From a virus, in the UHGV virus genome UHGV-0308106: a stretch of DNA of 55,105 nucleotides. The stretch is one strand, 5' to 3'. This document shows positions 9,608-18,452 of this stretch, piece by piece. A model generated the notes under the pieces. It was not told the origin of the DNA. It saw nothing but the letters and a program-made list of their open reading frames with translations, and did not search any database. The stretch's first letter is position 1; every line of letters starts with the position of its first letter. The position numbers and the translations under genes were made by a program.

Positions 9608-9841
9608 ATGAAAGCACTTGATAAAGCAATATGCATCGTAGGGGGTGCAACCCGTTTAGCAGAAAAGCTCAATGTATCCCCAATGACGGTCAGTCACTGG
9701 CGTCACCGTGACAATGGATTCGTACCGGCTAACCGTGTCATTCCTATTTTCAATGCTACAGGTGTAACTCCACATGAGTTACGCCCTGATTTGTACCTCA
9801 ACCCTACGGATGGATTACCGGCTCAGGAAGCGAGGGCATAA
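9608..9841 (+). CDS. Cro/YdaS-like HTH regulator
   Basis: MKALDKAICIVGGATRLAEKLNVSPMTVSHW. I chose the ATG at 9608; the longer ORF-track start overlaps the repressor gene. Confidence 0.8.
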   Translation: MKALDKAICIVGGATRLAEKLNVSPMTVSHWRHRDNGFVPANRVIPIFNATGVTPHELRPDLYLNPTDGLPAQEARA

Positions 9842-9843
9842 CC

Positions 9844-10383
9844 ATGCAGTCACTATCACTTCATCAAAATAGCGGATATCAAACGGCTGCGATGATAAAT
9901 CGCAATCAACCTGTCTCGGTAGATAAACATGACCAGATCCGCGATGCCGTTCGTGCGTGGGCGGGTGTAGATGGTCAGGATGTCGTTTCTGCTCTGATCA
10001 TCGAAGAGTACCAGGCTCAAGGGGGAGACGAGATCACTTTCCCTGATGACCTCAGCCGACAGCGTCAGAAGCTTTTCCGCTTTCTGGATAACCATTTCAA
10101 CAGCGAACGGTACCGCGAAAACGTTCGCCAGCTGACTCCGGCAATCCTCGCTGTCCTGCCGATTGAATACCGCAATCGTCTGCTACCAGAAGACAACGTA
10201 ATGGCTCGTCTGGCAAGGCTGGAGAAGGAAACCAGCGAAGCGAAGATTGCTGTCGCAATGGATGCGCCACGTCATCAGAAGCTGAAAGAGTTGAGCGAGG
10301 GGATCGTGGAGATGTATCGCGTTGACCCTGGGTTAACCGGTCCGTTGATGGAAATGGTGCAGATTATGCTGGGGGCTATATGA
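9844..10383 (+). CDS. YdaT-like protein (CII functional-analog family)
   Basis: Lies directly after the cro-like gene. The motif EEYQAQGGDE..LTPAILAVLP resembles Rac YdaT as I recall it. Confidence 0.6.
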   Translation: MQSLSLHQNSGYQTAAMINRNQPVSVDKHDQIRDAVRAWAGVDGQDVVSALIIEEYQAQGGDEITFPDDLSRQRQKLFRFLDNHFNSERYRENVRQLTPAILAVLPIEYRNRLLPEDNVMARLARLEKETSEAKIAVAMDAPRHQKLKELSEGIVEMYRVDPGLTGPLMEMVQIMLGAI

Positions 10384-10467
10384 CCGGTTCAAAAATGGCG
10401 AAAGCCGCGGTGCTCGAACACCAACGGCTTTCAGGTGCAAAAACAGTGCGTAATTGCGGAGAACAGT

Positions 10468-11376
10468 ATGTCAAACACCGCTGAAATAATCAATTTCCCA
10501 AATAAAACCGAACAACCGGGAGGTCGTATGGCCGACCTGTCGAACGGGTATACCAAGGTCGCTAACGAGATCCAACAGCTTAAGCCTCGCCTGAGACTGT
10601 CAGGCCGGGAATGGCAATGTTTTGAGGCGGTGATCTGGCTTACCTACGGCTGGAACAAGAAACAGGACCGCGTGACAAATACGGTTATTGCCGAGCTTAC
10701 GGGCCTGAGCGATACGCATGTATCGGACGCGCTTAAGTCTCTCGCAGAACGCAAAATCATCTTTTCACAGAAGCAGGGCATGATGAAAATCGTCGGTGTA
10801 AACACTGACCTTTCAGCATGGATTTTAGACAAACCGGAAACGGGAAGAAAATTCCCGAAAACGGGAAAATCCTTCCCGAAATCAGGAATAACCTTCCCGA
10901 AAACGGTAGACACCCAATACAAGAACAAGAACAGTATTAAAAGATCTTCGTCCGAGAATTCTGACGAATCCTCTGACGCACGTCTGAAGAAATTTTTATC
11001 AACTCATCCTGAAGCTGCGGTCTACACACCATCCGGTGCGAAGTGGGGCTCTGCTGAAGACCTCGAGACAGCTAAGTGGATTTCCTCCAGGGTGAAGCTG
11101 ATTAACCCAACCTGCAAAGCCCCGGACATGACCTCCTGGTCTAACACTGTTCGCCTGATGCGCCAGATAGACGACCGGTCGCACCAGGACATCTGCGCGC
11201 TGTATGACTGGGCTAGCAAACACCACTTCTGGCAGACCAACATCCTGAGTCCCGAAAGCCTGCGTAAGCAGTGGGACAAGCTGACAATGCAGCGTAACGC
11301 CGGAGGTGAGCAGCGCGCTGTCAAGCCAGATCTGGACTTCAACAACACTGACTGGGCCTATGGGGTGATCCGATGA
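10468..11376 (+). CDS. Replication initiator, lambda O-like N-terminal domain
   Basis: GYTKVANEI...LSGREWQCFEAVIWLTYGWNKK...TVIAELTGLS. Contains internal iterons. Confidence 0.85.
   Translation: MSNTAEIINFPNKTEQPGGRMADLSNGYTKVANEIQQLKPRLRLSGREWQCFEAVIWLTYGWNKKQDRVTNTVIAELTGLSDTHVSDALKSLAERKIIFSQKQGMMKIVGVNTDLSAWILDKPETGRKFPKTGKSFPKSGITFPKTVDTQYKNKNSIKRSSSENSDESSDARLKKFLSTHPEAAVYTPSGAKWGSAEDLETAKWISSRVKLINPTCKAPDMTSWSNTVRLMRQIDDRSHQDICALYDWASKHHFWQTNILSPESLRKQWDKLTMQRNAGGEQRAVKPDLDFNNTDWAYGVIR
10832..10911. repeat. Prophage origin iterons inside the O-like gene
   Basis: TCCCGAAA(A/T)C(G/A)GG units start at 10853, 10874 and 10895, with a degenerate copy near 10834. The spacing is exactly 21 bp. 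Confidence 0.75.
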
Positions 11377-12062
11377 AATCTCTTGCAGAGCAGATGCGTA
11401 ACCACGACCGCGAGCAGATGAGCCGCATGGCCCATAACCTGCCAGAGCAGTACCAGGAGTGCGCGCCGGTCGAGCAGGTGGCGCAGGTATTCAACAAGCT
11501 GTTCAACGAGCTGCGCGCCGCGTTCCCGGCCAGCATGGCGAACTTCCGCACCCAGGAAGACCTGAACGAATTCCGCCGTCAGTGGCTGCTGGCGTTTCAG
11601 GAGAACGGGATCCACACCATGGCTCAGGTCGATGCCGGCATGCGCATTGCCCGCCGCCAGGAGCGCCCATTCCTGCCGTCGCCGGGCCAGTTCGTCGCCT
11701 GGTGCAAGCAGAGCGGCGGCGCGCTGGGCGTCAACGTTGACCAGGTGATCGCCGAATACTGGGACTGGCGTAACCGCTCGTTCGAATTCATCTCCAGCGA
11801 GCAATTTCCATGGTCGCAGCCGGTCATGTACCACATTTGCGTAGAATTGCGCCACCGCAGCACCGAGCGCCAGTTAACGCATGGTGAACTGGCACGCGAG
11901 GCAGGCGATCTGCTGGACATGTGGGAAAGGCGCGTCACCGAGGGTAAGCCAGTGCCGCCGGTACGCCGGGCTATTGCCGCACCAGCTGCCGAGCAAGGGC
12001 CGACGCCGATCCAGCTGCTGCTGGCCAAGTACAACCGCAACAAGTCGAACGGGATGGTGTGA
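11373..12062 (+). CDS. Lambda P-like replication protein (helicase loader)
   Basis: Conserved stretch FRRQWLLAFQENGI...RQERPFLPSPGQFVAWC. Overlaps the O stop. Confidence 0.85.
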   Translation: MKSLAEQMRNHDREQMSRMAHNLPEQYQECAPVEQVAQVFNKLFNELRAAFPASMANFRTQEDLNEFRRQWLLAFQENGIHTMAQVDAGMRIARRQERPFLPSPGQFVAWCKQSGGALGVNVDQVIAEYWDWRNRSFEFISSEQFPWSQPVMYHICVELRHRSTERQLTHGELAREAGDLLDMWERRVTEGKPVPPVRRAIAAPAAEQGPTPIQLLLAKYNRNKSNGMV

Positions 12063-12063
12063 C

Positions 12064-12304
12064 ATGAACATAACAATCCGTGAGCAGGTGCTGGCAGCCC
12101 TGCGCAACAACCCAGGGTTGAACAACGCCAAACTGGCAGGGCTTCCCGGAGTGGTACATCATCGATCAGGACTATCGGGGGCAGAAGTACGCGAAGGACA
12201 AGCAGGTTGCGCGTTGTGGCAACGCAGTTCCGCCGCCATTCGCCGAGGCACTGGTGAGGGCTAATTTACCGGAGCTTTGTCAGCAGAAAGAGATCGCAGC
12301 TTAA
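12064..12304 (+). pseudogene. Chimeric remnant: 5' end of an unknown gene joined out of frame to the 3' end of a C5 cytosine methyltransferase
   Basis: The ATG at 12064 gives MNITIREQVLAALRNNPGLNNAKLA. A second frame (12122-12304, no start codon) reads WQGFPEWY..ARCGNAVPPPFAEALVRAN, the methylase C-terminal motif. Confidence 0.6.
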
Positions 12305-12365
12305 TGTCCGAGTTTCAGAACATGGTGTAACAAATCCTGCTACTTCAATGACGTAGATTCAAACC

Positions 12366-12374
12366 TGATATAAT
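12366..12374 (+). promoter_or_regulatory. Extended -10 promoter (TGATATAAT) of the moron
   Basis: Read directly, about 30 nt upstream of the 12404 ORF. Confidence 0.45.
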
Positions 12375-12403
12375 TAGGCTCTTCACAACACGAGGAGCCT
12401 AAA

Positions 12404-12640
12404 ATGCACCATTACATGATCCCTATCAACGGAACTGTTCACCTGATCAAGACTGACTCTCTAATCCCTGAAGGGACTGAGTATAGCTTTGAAGGAGAAA
12501 GTCTAATCTGCGCTCATGCCACTTTTAAATCTGGGACGTATGGCTTCCTGATACCAAAGGGAAATCAGTTGAATAGAGAGCATGCGTTCTGGCATGTAAG
12601 TGGAATTCACCCTAATCCCCTGGGAATGGATAAATCGTAA
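12404..12640 (+). CDS. Hypothetical 78-aa moron protein
   Basis: GAGGAG ribosome-binding site. AT-rich. Followed by a strong hairpin (ATGCATGCCA...TGGCATGCAT, 12649-12685). Confidence 0.65.
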   Translation: MHHYMIPINGTVHLIKTDSLIPEGTEYSFEGESLICAHATFKSGTYGFLIPKGNQLNREHAFWHVSGIHPNPLGMDKS

Positions 12641-12827
12641 TCCATAATATGCATGCCATCGTCCTGAACATACGGTGGCATGCATCCGGCACTACAACAG
12701 AAACGTTAAAGTGCAAACAATACAATTCGAGCAATATTCAACCTGTCACAGATGGCGAATACCACCGCCATTTCGTGCATTCTGTGGTTTCTATTACCCA
12801 TTGCGTTAATGCTGTCCAATCATCAGC

Positions 12828-12892
12828 TCGCTGAGGCGCTGGTTAGGGCTAACCTACAGGAGCTTTGTCAGCAGAAACAAATAGCGGCGTAA
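12828..12892 (+). repeat. Second, diverged copy of the methyltransferase 3' end (direct repeat of 12240-12304)
   Basis: Hand alignment gives 54 of 65 nt identical. It encodes LAEALVRANLQELCQQKQIAA*, against FAEALVRANLPELCQQKEIAA* in the first copy. Confidence 0.7.
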
Positions 12893-12910
12893 TAAAACAT
12901 CGCTAATTCA

Positions 12911-12938
12911 ACCCGCTACGGCGGGTTTTCTTTTTTTA
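12911..12938 (+). terminator. Rho-independent terminator
   Basis: ACCCGC-tacg-GCGGGT followed by a long T-run. Confidence 0.8.
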
Positions 12939-12999
12939 CTACTGACAGAAAATTAACAATTTGTGCTCTTAAAGCGTTGATCATTTCCGCGCATAGGTA

Positions 13000-13019
13000 T
13001 ACTGTATAAAAACACAGTA
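13000..13019. promoter_or_regulatory. LexA (SOS) box upstream of the DinI-like gene
   Basis: TACTGTATAAAAACACAGTA fits the CTG-N10-CAG consensus. Confidence 0.8.
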
Positions 13020-13037
13020 AATGCAATGGGGGCCATT

Positions 13038-13271
13038 ATGAAAGTTGAATTAACCATTGATCGCATGAAAGAACTTCCTAAAGGCGCAGTACCAGCACTG
13101 GAGAAAGAACTGCTTAAGCGCCTGAATGATCACTATGACAATTGCAGGCTCACAATCCGCCGTGCCGGGGCCGATGGGTTAAGTGTTTTTGGTGGTGACA
13201 AGGACGATAAAAAGAAAATTGAATCAATCCTCCAGGATACCTGGGAAAGCGCTGACGACTGGTTTTATTAG
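13038..13271 (+). CDS. DinI-family protein
   Basis: MKVELTIDR...LSVFGGDKDDKKKIESILQDTWESADDWFY closely parallels E. coli DinI (..ILQETWESADDWF). Confidence 0.85.
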   Translation: MKVELTIDRMKELPKGAVPALEKELLKRLNDHYDNCRLTIRRAGADGLSVFGGDKDDKKKIESILQDTWESADDWFY

Positions 13272-13388
13272 AATTGCGCTTAAGGCTGGCGCGCATTTTT
13301 CAGAATACCGCAATTTGCGTAACCCTCTGATGCTGCTGCCGACAATCTTTAATCGCGTCTGTTAGTCGCTCGAAGGGAGAACATAAAT

Positions 13389-13637
13389 GTGAGTGATTCA
13401 GCTTTGCAAACGTCAGAAGACAACTGGTATGACATTGTAAGAAGGTCTGACGGCTGCGTGGTGTTTAGCTTTCCTTCATCGGGCAGGCATCTAATTTATC
13501 GCGTCAATGGCATGGTTTCTATGCGGCCTTTGCTGGATGATGAAGAGGTCTTTACTCCTAATGGTTTTATGCAGTTTATTCACCGTCTCGGCTACCGGGT
13601 AACCCCACCTTCTGATAATATGAAATCAACGGTCTGA
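13389..13637 (+). CDS. Hypothetical protein (GTG start)
   Basis: 82-aa ORF with a GGGAG ribosome-binding site upstream. Confidence 0.55.
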   Translation: MSDSALQTSEDNWYDIVRRSDGCVVFSFPSSGRHLIYRVNGMVSMRPLLDDEEVFTPNGFMQFIHRLGYRVTPPSDNMKSTV

Positions 13638-13671
13638 ACAACCGTAACCTACTGCGCCACGGAGAGAAACC

Positions 13672-14271
13672 ATGGCGCACGAACTACAACTCATCAAGCA
13701 TTCCTCAGGAATCCTGATCCCCGCTACGCCGGAGACCAGTGATTTACTGCAATCAAAAATCAAACTCGGCTCCGTACTGGTGGCTGAGTTCCGGCAGGTA
13801 CGCAACCCGGCCTTTCACCGTCGTTTCTTCGCGTTACTCAATCTCGGTTTCGAATACTGGGAACCCACCGGCGGGGCAATCTCCTCCAACGAACGCAAGC
13901 TGGTAACCGGCTATGCCAAGTTCCTTGCCTCATTCGCGGGAAGTGAAGCAGCACTCCTGGATGCTGCTGAGCAATATCTGGACCGCATCGCCGATAAGCG
14001 TACTGGTAGCATCTGCGCCTGTAAGTCATTCGATGCATATCGTGCATGGGTCACTATTGAGTCCGGCCATTACGACGCCATTCAGCTGCCTGACGGCACC
14101 CTCCGCAAACATCCCCGCAGTATCTCATTCGCAAATATGGATGAAACTGAGTTCCAGCAGCTGTACAAAGCCGCGCTCGATGTTCTGTGGCGATGGATAC
14201 TCTCCCGATCATTTCGCAGTTGTGAAGAGGCAGAAAACGCCGCCGCCCAGCTGATGAGCTTTGCGGGGTGA
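13672..14271 (+). CDS. Nin-region protein, DUF1367-like
   Basis: 199 aa in the position upstream of ybcO/rusA. The family name is from memory only. Confidence 0.7.
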   Translation: MAHELQLIKHSSGILIPATPETSDLLQSKIKLGSVLVAEFRQVRNPAFHRRFFALLNLGFEYWEPTGGAISSNERKLVTGYAKFLASFAGSEAALLDAAEQYLDRIADKRTGSICACKSFDAYRAWVTIESGHYDAIQLPDGTLRKHPRSISFANMDETEFQQLYKAALDVLWRWILSRSFRSCEEAENAAAQLMSFAG

Positions 14272-14477
14272 TGGCGATGAAATTTTCCTGGTTCCACCAT
14301 CACGAATGCACCACCGAACAGGCCGACGAGCTGGTGGAGAAATACCGGGCGCGCGGTGTAAAGACAGAGCGCAGCCTGAATCGCGACAACATCACCTGGA
14401 CCGTCAGCGCGCAATTGCCGGAAGGCGATAACGCGCCTCGCCCGAGCCGGGTATGGCAAAGCAAGGCGTGGGGGTGA
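14268..14477 (+). CDS. Hypothetical nin-region protein
   Basis: 69-aa ORF with overlapping start and stop codons on both sides. Confidence 0.6.
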   Translation: MMAMKFSWFHHHECTTEQADELVEKYRARGVKTERSLNRDNITWTVSAQLPEGDNAPRPSRVWQSKAWG

Positions 14478-14479
14478 GC

Positions 14480-14770
14480 ATGGCAAATTTACGCAAAGAG
14501 GCTCGTGGTCGTGATTGTCAGGTTCGAATTCCCGGCGTCTGCAACGGTAACCCGGAAACGTCTGTACTGGCGCACATTCGCCTGGCCGGGTTATGTGGCA
14601 CCGGAATCAAACCGCCTGATCTGATTGCCACCATTGCATGCTCTGCCTGTCACGACGAGATCGACCGCCGTACACATTTTGTCGATGCTGAGTATGCTAA
14701 AGAATGCGCGCTGGAAGGTATGGCGAGAACGCAGGTTATCTGGCTGAAAGAGGGGGTAATCAAGGCGTGA
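14480..14770 (+). CDS. ybcO: YbcO-like (DUF1364) putative nuclease
   Basis: [35 protein letters not shown] matches DLP12 YbcO as I recall it. Confidence 0.8.
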   Translation: MANLRKEARGRDCQVRIPGVCNGNPETSVLAHIRLAGLCGTGIKPPDLIATIACSACHDEIDRRTHFVDAEYAKECALEGMARTQVIWLKEGVIKA

Positions 14771-15129
14771 ATACTTACAACATCACATTGCCCTGGCCGC
14801 CGAGCAATAACCGCTACTACCGCCATAATCGCGGGCGCACGCACATCAGCGCAGAAGGGCAGGCATACCGCGATAACGTCGCCCGAATCATTAAAAACGC
14901 AATGCTGGATATCGGTCTGGCTATGCCTGTGAAAATCCGCATTGAGTGCCACATGCCGGATCGCCGTCGCCGTGACCTGGATAATCTGCAAAAGGCCGCT
15001 TTTGACGCACTCACCAAAGCAGGTTTCTGGCTGGACGATGCTCAGGTCGTTGATTATCGCGTTGTGAAGATGCCCGTTACCAAAGGTGGAAAGCTGGAAC
15101 TGACAATCACCGGGCTGGAGGCCGTATGA
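14767..15129 (+). CDS. rusA: RusA Holliday-junction resolvase
   Basis: [76 protein letters not shown] is close to identical to my recollection of E. coli RusA. GTG start. Confidence 0.95.
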   Translation: MNTYNITLPWPPSNNRYYRHNRGRTHISAEGQAYRDNVARIIKNAMLDIGLAMPVKIRIECHMPDRRRRDLDNLQKAAFDALTKAGFWLDDAQVVDYRVVKMPVTKGGKLELTITGLEAV

Positions 15130-15266
15130 CATTTGAATCCTGTTTTTCCGATCACCTCCGCGTTCGCTGGCAGCGGCTTCGCTTATACCACTTTCCCGGC
15201 TCTGTGCTAACGGACTACCGGATACTGAAGAATTACGTGAAAACTTATGCTGGAGAAGCGCTATGA
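15126..15266 (+). CDS. ylcG: YlcG-like small protein
   Basis: Hand-translated 46 aa: [50 protein letters not shown] overlaps at both ends. Confidence 0.6.
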   Translation: MTFESCFSDHLRVRWQRLRLYHFPGSVLTDYRILKNYVKTYAGEAL

Positions 15267-16045
15267 ACCTTGAAAACACAGTGAAATACCACTTCGCTAA
15301 ATCCACACTGATTAGCGATTCTCCGCGCGCTACCGCCTCCGATTCACTGACCGGTACCGACATAATGGCTGCCATGGGCATGACGCAGGAACGCGCCGCA
15401 ATGGGTTACAGCGCCTTCCTCGGCAAGATGGGCATAAGCAATAACGACCGGGATCGGGCGATCGGTCTGCTGGCTGAGTACGCGATGACAAAATGCGACA
15501 AGGTTGCCGCACTGCGTAAGCTCGGTGCCGCGGTTAAACCTCAGGTGATGCACCAGTTGGCCACCTTCGCTTTTGAGGACTATTCCCGCAGCGCTGCCAG
15601 CGTGAAGCAGTGCGATTGTTGTGACGGTCAGGGCTTCATTGAGGCTGACGTGTTTACCAATAAATTCCGTAAGCCAGAAGGGAAAATGACCGTGTCCGGG
15701 ATGGTGAAGGTCAAAGAATCCATCAAAGTGCTATGCAAAAAGTGTAATGGCTCTGGTGTGGTTAGTGCTTCTTGCAGTGATTGCCATGGGCGCGGCAAGG
15801 CAGTGAACCAGGCTCTTACTGAGAAACAGGGCGTTCCTGTTCTGGCTGACTGTAAGCGCTGCGGAGGGCGTGGGTATGAACGACTTCCGTCGACTGAAGC
15901 CTATGCTGCTGTATGCCAGATTACTGACGCCATTAGCCTGGACACCTGGAAAAAGTCTGTTAAGCCATTCTACGACCTGCTGATCACGAAATTTGATATC
16001 GAAGAGTCCTGGGCCGAAAAACAGCTTAAGCAGATAACGCGGTAA
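15263..16045 (+). CDS. Late antiterminator Q-family protein with four CxxCxGxG zinc-finger repeats
   Basis: Lies after rusA and before the lysis genes. Zinc-finger repeats: CDCCDGQG, CKKCNGSG, CSDCHGRG, CKRCGGRG. Confidence 0.8.
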   Translation: MNLENTVKYHFAKSTLISDSPRATASDSLTGTDIMAAMGMTQERAAMGYSAFLGKMGISNNDRDRAIGLLAEYAMTKCDKVAALRKLGAAVKPQVMHQLATFAFEDYSRSAASVKQCDCCDGQGFIEADVFTNKFRKPEGKMTVSGMVKVKESIKVLCKKCNGSGVVSASCSDCHGRGKAVNQALTEKQGVPVLADCKRCGGRGYERLPSTEAYAAVCQITDAISLDTWKKSVKPFYDLLITKFDIEESWAEKQLKQITR

Positions 16046-16143
16046 CGCCTATAGCGATAGCCTATGATTTTGTCTTGGGCTATTTACTTTTCCCGAATCT
16101 GTGTTAATTTTGTCCCAACGATGGGTTAATGCCTTCGTTTCAA

Positions 16144-16176
16144 GCCCTGCGGATAACACCGTGGGGTTTTTTGCGT
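16144..16176 (+). terminator. tR'-like terminator downstream of Q (target of antitermination)
   Basis: GCCCTGCGG...CCGTGGGG hairpin (two G-U pairs) followed by TTTTTT. Confidence 0.6.
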
Positions 16177-16249
16177 TTCTGGAGACAGCAATACCAAGGT
16201 TCGAGACATTCAGGTAAAATTGATGCATTACAGGATGTGAGGTTGGGGA

Positions 16250-16819
16250 ATGAATAATCTACCCGATGATTACTTTTTGGATGCGGACGACGAACTCGTT
16301 GCTTTTCTGGAGAAGCAGGGCGAGGATTGTATACGCGAAATTCACCAGTCCAACGCACTAAACAAAGAAAATGGCCAGAAGTTATTGAGTATACTCATTG
16401 CTGGCGTGGGCTCGTCATTTTTGTTATTAACGCAACGTACAGGTTTTGATTACCTCACCGCTGGAATGTCTGTTTTTTTAGTCTACTGGGCAATGTGTGC
16501 GGCTTATCTTGTTCGCTGCGTCCTCGTTGTAAGGTCACGAGCTCTCGTGTCATCGACACCCTATGCGCTTTACCATGATGGCTATAAAGGGTTTACTGAA
16601 GATGATTACACTGGTTTTGAGTCGAAAGGATTTTCAGGAAAGCGTTCAACATTGAACGTCTTGCGGCGCTACCGGCTTGCGGATTTAACCAGAATGGCTG
16701 AAATGAGTAAAAAAGAGAATGCCAGAATAGGCCGAGAACTAGAAAGGGTAAGGATCGCTACAATCCTCACCCCTGTTTGTGCACTTGTAATCTCAGTACT
16801 TACTTACCTTTTTTTCTGA
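16250..16819 (+). CDS. Membrane protein moron between Q and the lysis genes
   Basis: 189 aa with 2 central and 1 C-terminal hydrophobic helices. GAGGTTGGGG ribosome-binding site. AT-rich. Confidence 0.7.
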   Translation: MNNLPDDYFLDADDELVAFLEKQGEDCIREIHQSNALNKENGQKLLSILIAGVGSSFLLLTQRTGFDYLTAGMSVFLVYWAMCAAYLVRCVLVVRSRALVSSTPYALYHDGYKGFTEDDYTGFESKGFSGKRSTLNVLRRYRLADLTRMAEMSKKENARIGRELERVRIATILTPVCALVISVLTYLFF

Positions 16820-16949
16820 TGTTTTCAGCAGAATCGGCAACAAAGGTATAACCTGTCCTCAGATTTCTTTCGGCTGGCTGTGGAGCCGGTTTAGGCTGTG
16901 GTGCGGGTTGAGGCTTATTTTCTCCAGATGGTTTGTTTGATTCACTCAT
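16800..16949 (-). CDS. Possible 49-aa proline-rich peptide, convergent with and overlapping the 3' end of the moron
   Basis: Hand-translated: MSESNKPSGENKPQPAPQPKPAPQPAERNLRTGYTFVADSAENIRKKGK. GGAGAA ribosome-binding site. Confidence 0.3.
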   Translation of the reverse strand: MSESNKPSGENKPQPAPQPKPAPQPAERNLRTGYTFVADSAENIRKKGK

Positions 16950-17041
16950 ATAATTCTCCATGTTTGATAGGGTTATTTTTGGCGATTTAACGATATCAAA
17001 TACAGTGATTTGCTGCTAGAGCATGCACTTATCTATAACTC

Positions 17042-17067
17042 GCCCCGGCACCCGCTGGGGCTTTTTT
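17042..17067 (+). terminator. Rho-independent terminator
   Basis: GCCCC...GGGGC stem followed by TTTTTT. Confidence 0.55.
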
Positions 17068-17183
17068 ATTTCCGGCTCACGGTAATCATCCGCTACGTGC
17101 TTTGTTGATAAATCCAACCCGTGAAGCCTGAGCCTATTTCCCCTCATACCTGAGAGGACTCACAGCAATTAAGAGGGGGCTAA

Positions 17184-17570
17184 ATGTCCGATCCAATTTC
17201 CGGTACTGGGCTGGCTGGTGGTGCCCTGACGGGTGCCAGTGTTTATGGACTGCTGACCGGAACTGATTACGGCGTTGTATTTGGCGCATTTGCAGGGGCT
17301 GTATTCTACATAGCAACAGCAGCGGATCTGAGCGCATCGCGCCGACTGGCATATTTTATCGTGTCGTATATTGCCGGGATCCTTTGCTCTGGGTTGGTTG
17401 GCTCCAAGCTGGCAAGCTTGACCGGATACAGTGATAAACCTCTGGATGCCATTGGTGCCGTAATCGTATCTGCTTTAGCCGTTAAGATCCTGACGTTCCT
17501 GAATAATCAGGATATCGGGTCGCTGGTGGCGCTCATAACGCGCCGGGGAGGTTCAGGTGGAGCTAAATGA
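17184..17570 (+). CDS. Holin-like membrane protein
   Basis: Gly/Ala-rich TM helices. First gene of the lysis cassette. Confidence 0.7.
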   Translation: MSDPISGTGLAGGALTGASVYGLLTGTDYGVVFGAFAGAVFYIATAADLSASRRLAYFIVSYIAGILCSGLVGSKLASLTGYSDKPLDAIGAVIVSALAVKILTFLNNQDIGSLVALITRRGGSGGAK

Positions 17571-17838
17571 CCCGACAGCAACTATAAACGCGCTGTTATG
17601 TGCTTGTGTTGTTATTACTCTGATGTTTTATCGTCGTGGTGATTCGCGGCATCGTCCTTGGGTTTCACGTTTAGCCTGGCTGATTACTGTTACATACAGT
17701 GCTGTTCCGTTGGCCTATCTCTGTGGGATTTATCCCCATTCCTCATGGCCCATTATCGTGGCGAATACTATTTTTCTTTCCGTGCTGGTGGCCGTCAGAG
17801 GCAACGTTGCACGCCTGGTTGATCATCTGAGGCACTAA
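17557..17838 (+). CDS. Second holin/antiholin-like membrane protein
   Basis: 93 aa with 3 TM helices, located between the holin and the endolysin. Confidence 0.65.
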   Translation: MELNDPTATINALLCACVVITLMFYRRGDSRHRPWVSRLAWLITVTYSAVPLAYLCGIYPHSSWPIIVANTIFLSVLVAVRGNVARLVDHLRH

Positions 17839-18452
17839 TGAACCAACAATTATTTCAAAAGGCGGCTGGTATCAGCGCCGGACTGGCTGTGCGCTGGTTT
17901 CAACCAGTAGATGCAGCGATGAAAGAATTCGGCATTACAGCACCCGCGGATCAGGCCATGTTCATCGCTCAGGTAGGTCATGAGTCTGGTGGCTTTAGCG
18001 CTGTAGTTGAAAATTTGAACTACACACCATCTGCGCTGGTGGCGACGTTCGGAAAGAGGATCACACAGCAGCAGGCTGATGCCCTTGGCAGAACATCCGG
18101 ACATGCAGCTCGTCAGGATGCTATTGCCAATCTGGTGTATAGCAACCGCCTGGGTAACAAAGCGCCCGGCGACGGCTGGAAATATCGCGGCAGAGGGTTA
18201 ATTCAAATCACTGGCCTCGACAATTATCGCACCTGCGGGGCTGCTCTGAAGTTAGATTTGGTGACTTCACCTGAACAACTGGAACAGGAACTACAGGCTG
18301 CGCGCTCAGCTGCATGGTTCTACACCTCTAAAGGCTGCATGATCTACGGTGCCGATATTAATCGTGTTACTCGCATCATTAACGGCGGTCTGAACGGTAT
18401 TGAGGATCGTAAGGTCCGATACAACAAGGCGCGGGCGGCGCTGCTGGTATGA
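17838..18452 (+). CDS. Endolysin, glycoside hydrolase family 19 (chitinase-like)
   Basis: MFIAQVGHESGGF...YRGRGLIQITG..NY...INGGLNG motifs. Confidence 0.9.
   Translation: MNQQLFQKAAGISAGLAVRWFQPVDAAMKEFGITAPADQAMFIAQVGHESGGFSAVVENLNYTPSALVATFGKRITQQQADALGRTSGHAARQDAIANLVYSNRLGNKAPGDGWKYRGRGLIQITGLDNYRTCGAALKLDLVTSPEQLEQELQAARSAAWFYTSKGCMIYGADINRVTRIINGGLNGIEDRKVRYNKARAALLV

Noticed and set aside
11339-12162. Many long ORFs antisense to or out of frame with the P-like gene (for example 11358-11855 minus and 11624-12076 minus)
   Set aside because: This is a GC-rich region with open alternative frames. The plus-strand frame has clear lambda P similarity, and the others lack ribosome-binding sites and any recognisable features.
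12649-12834. 61-aa ORF after the moron
   Set aside because: It starts inside a 12/13-bp hairpin, has no ribosome-binding site, and ends in the duplicated methylase tail in the wrong frame.
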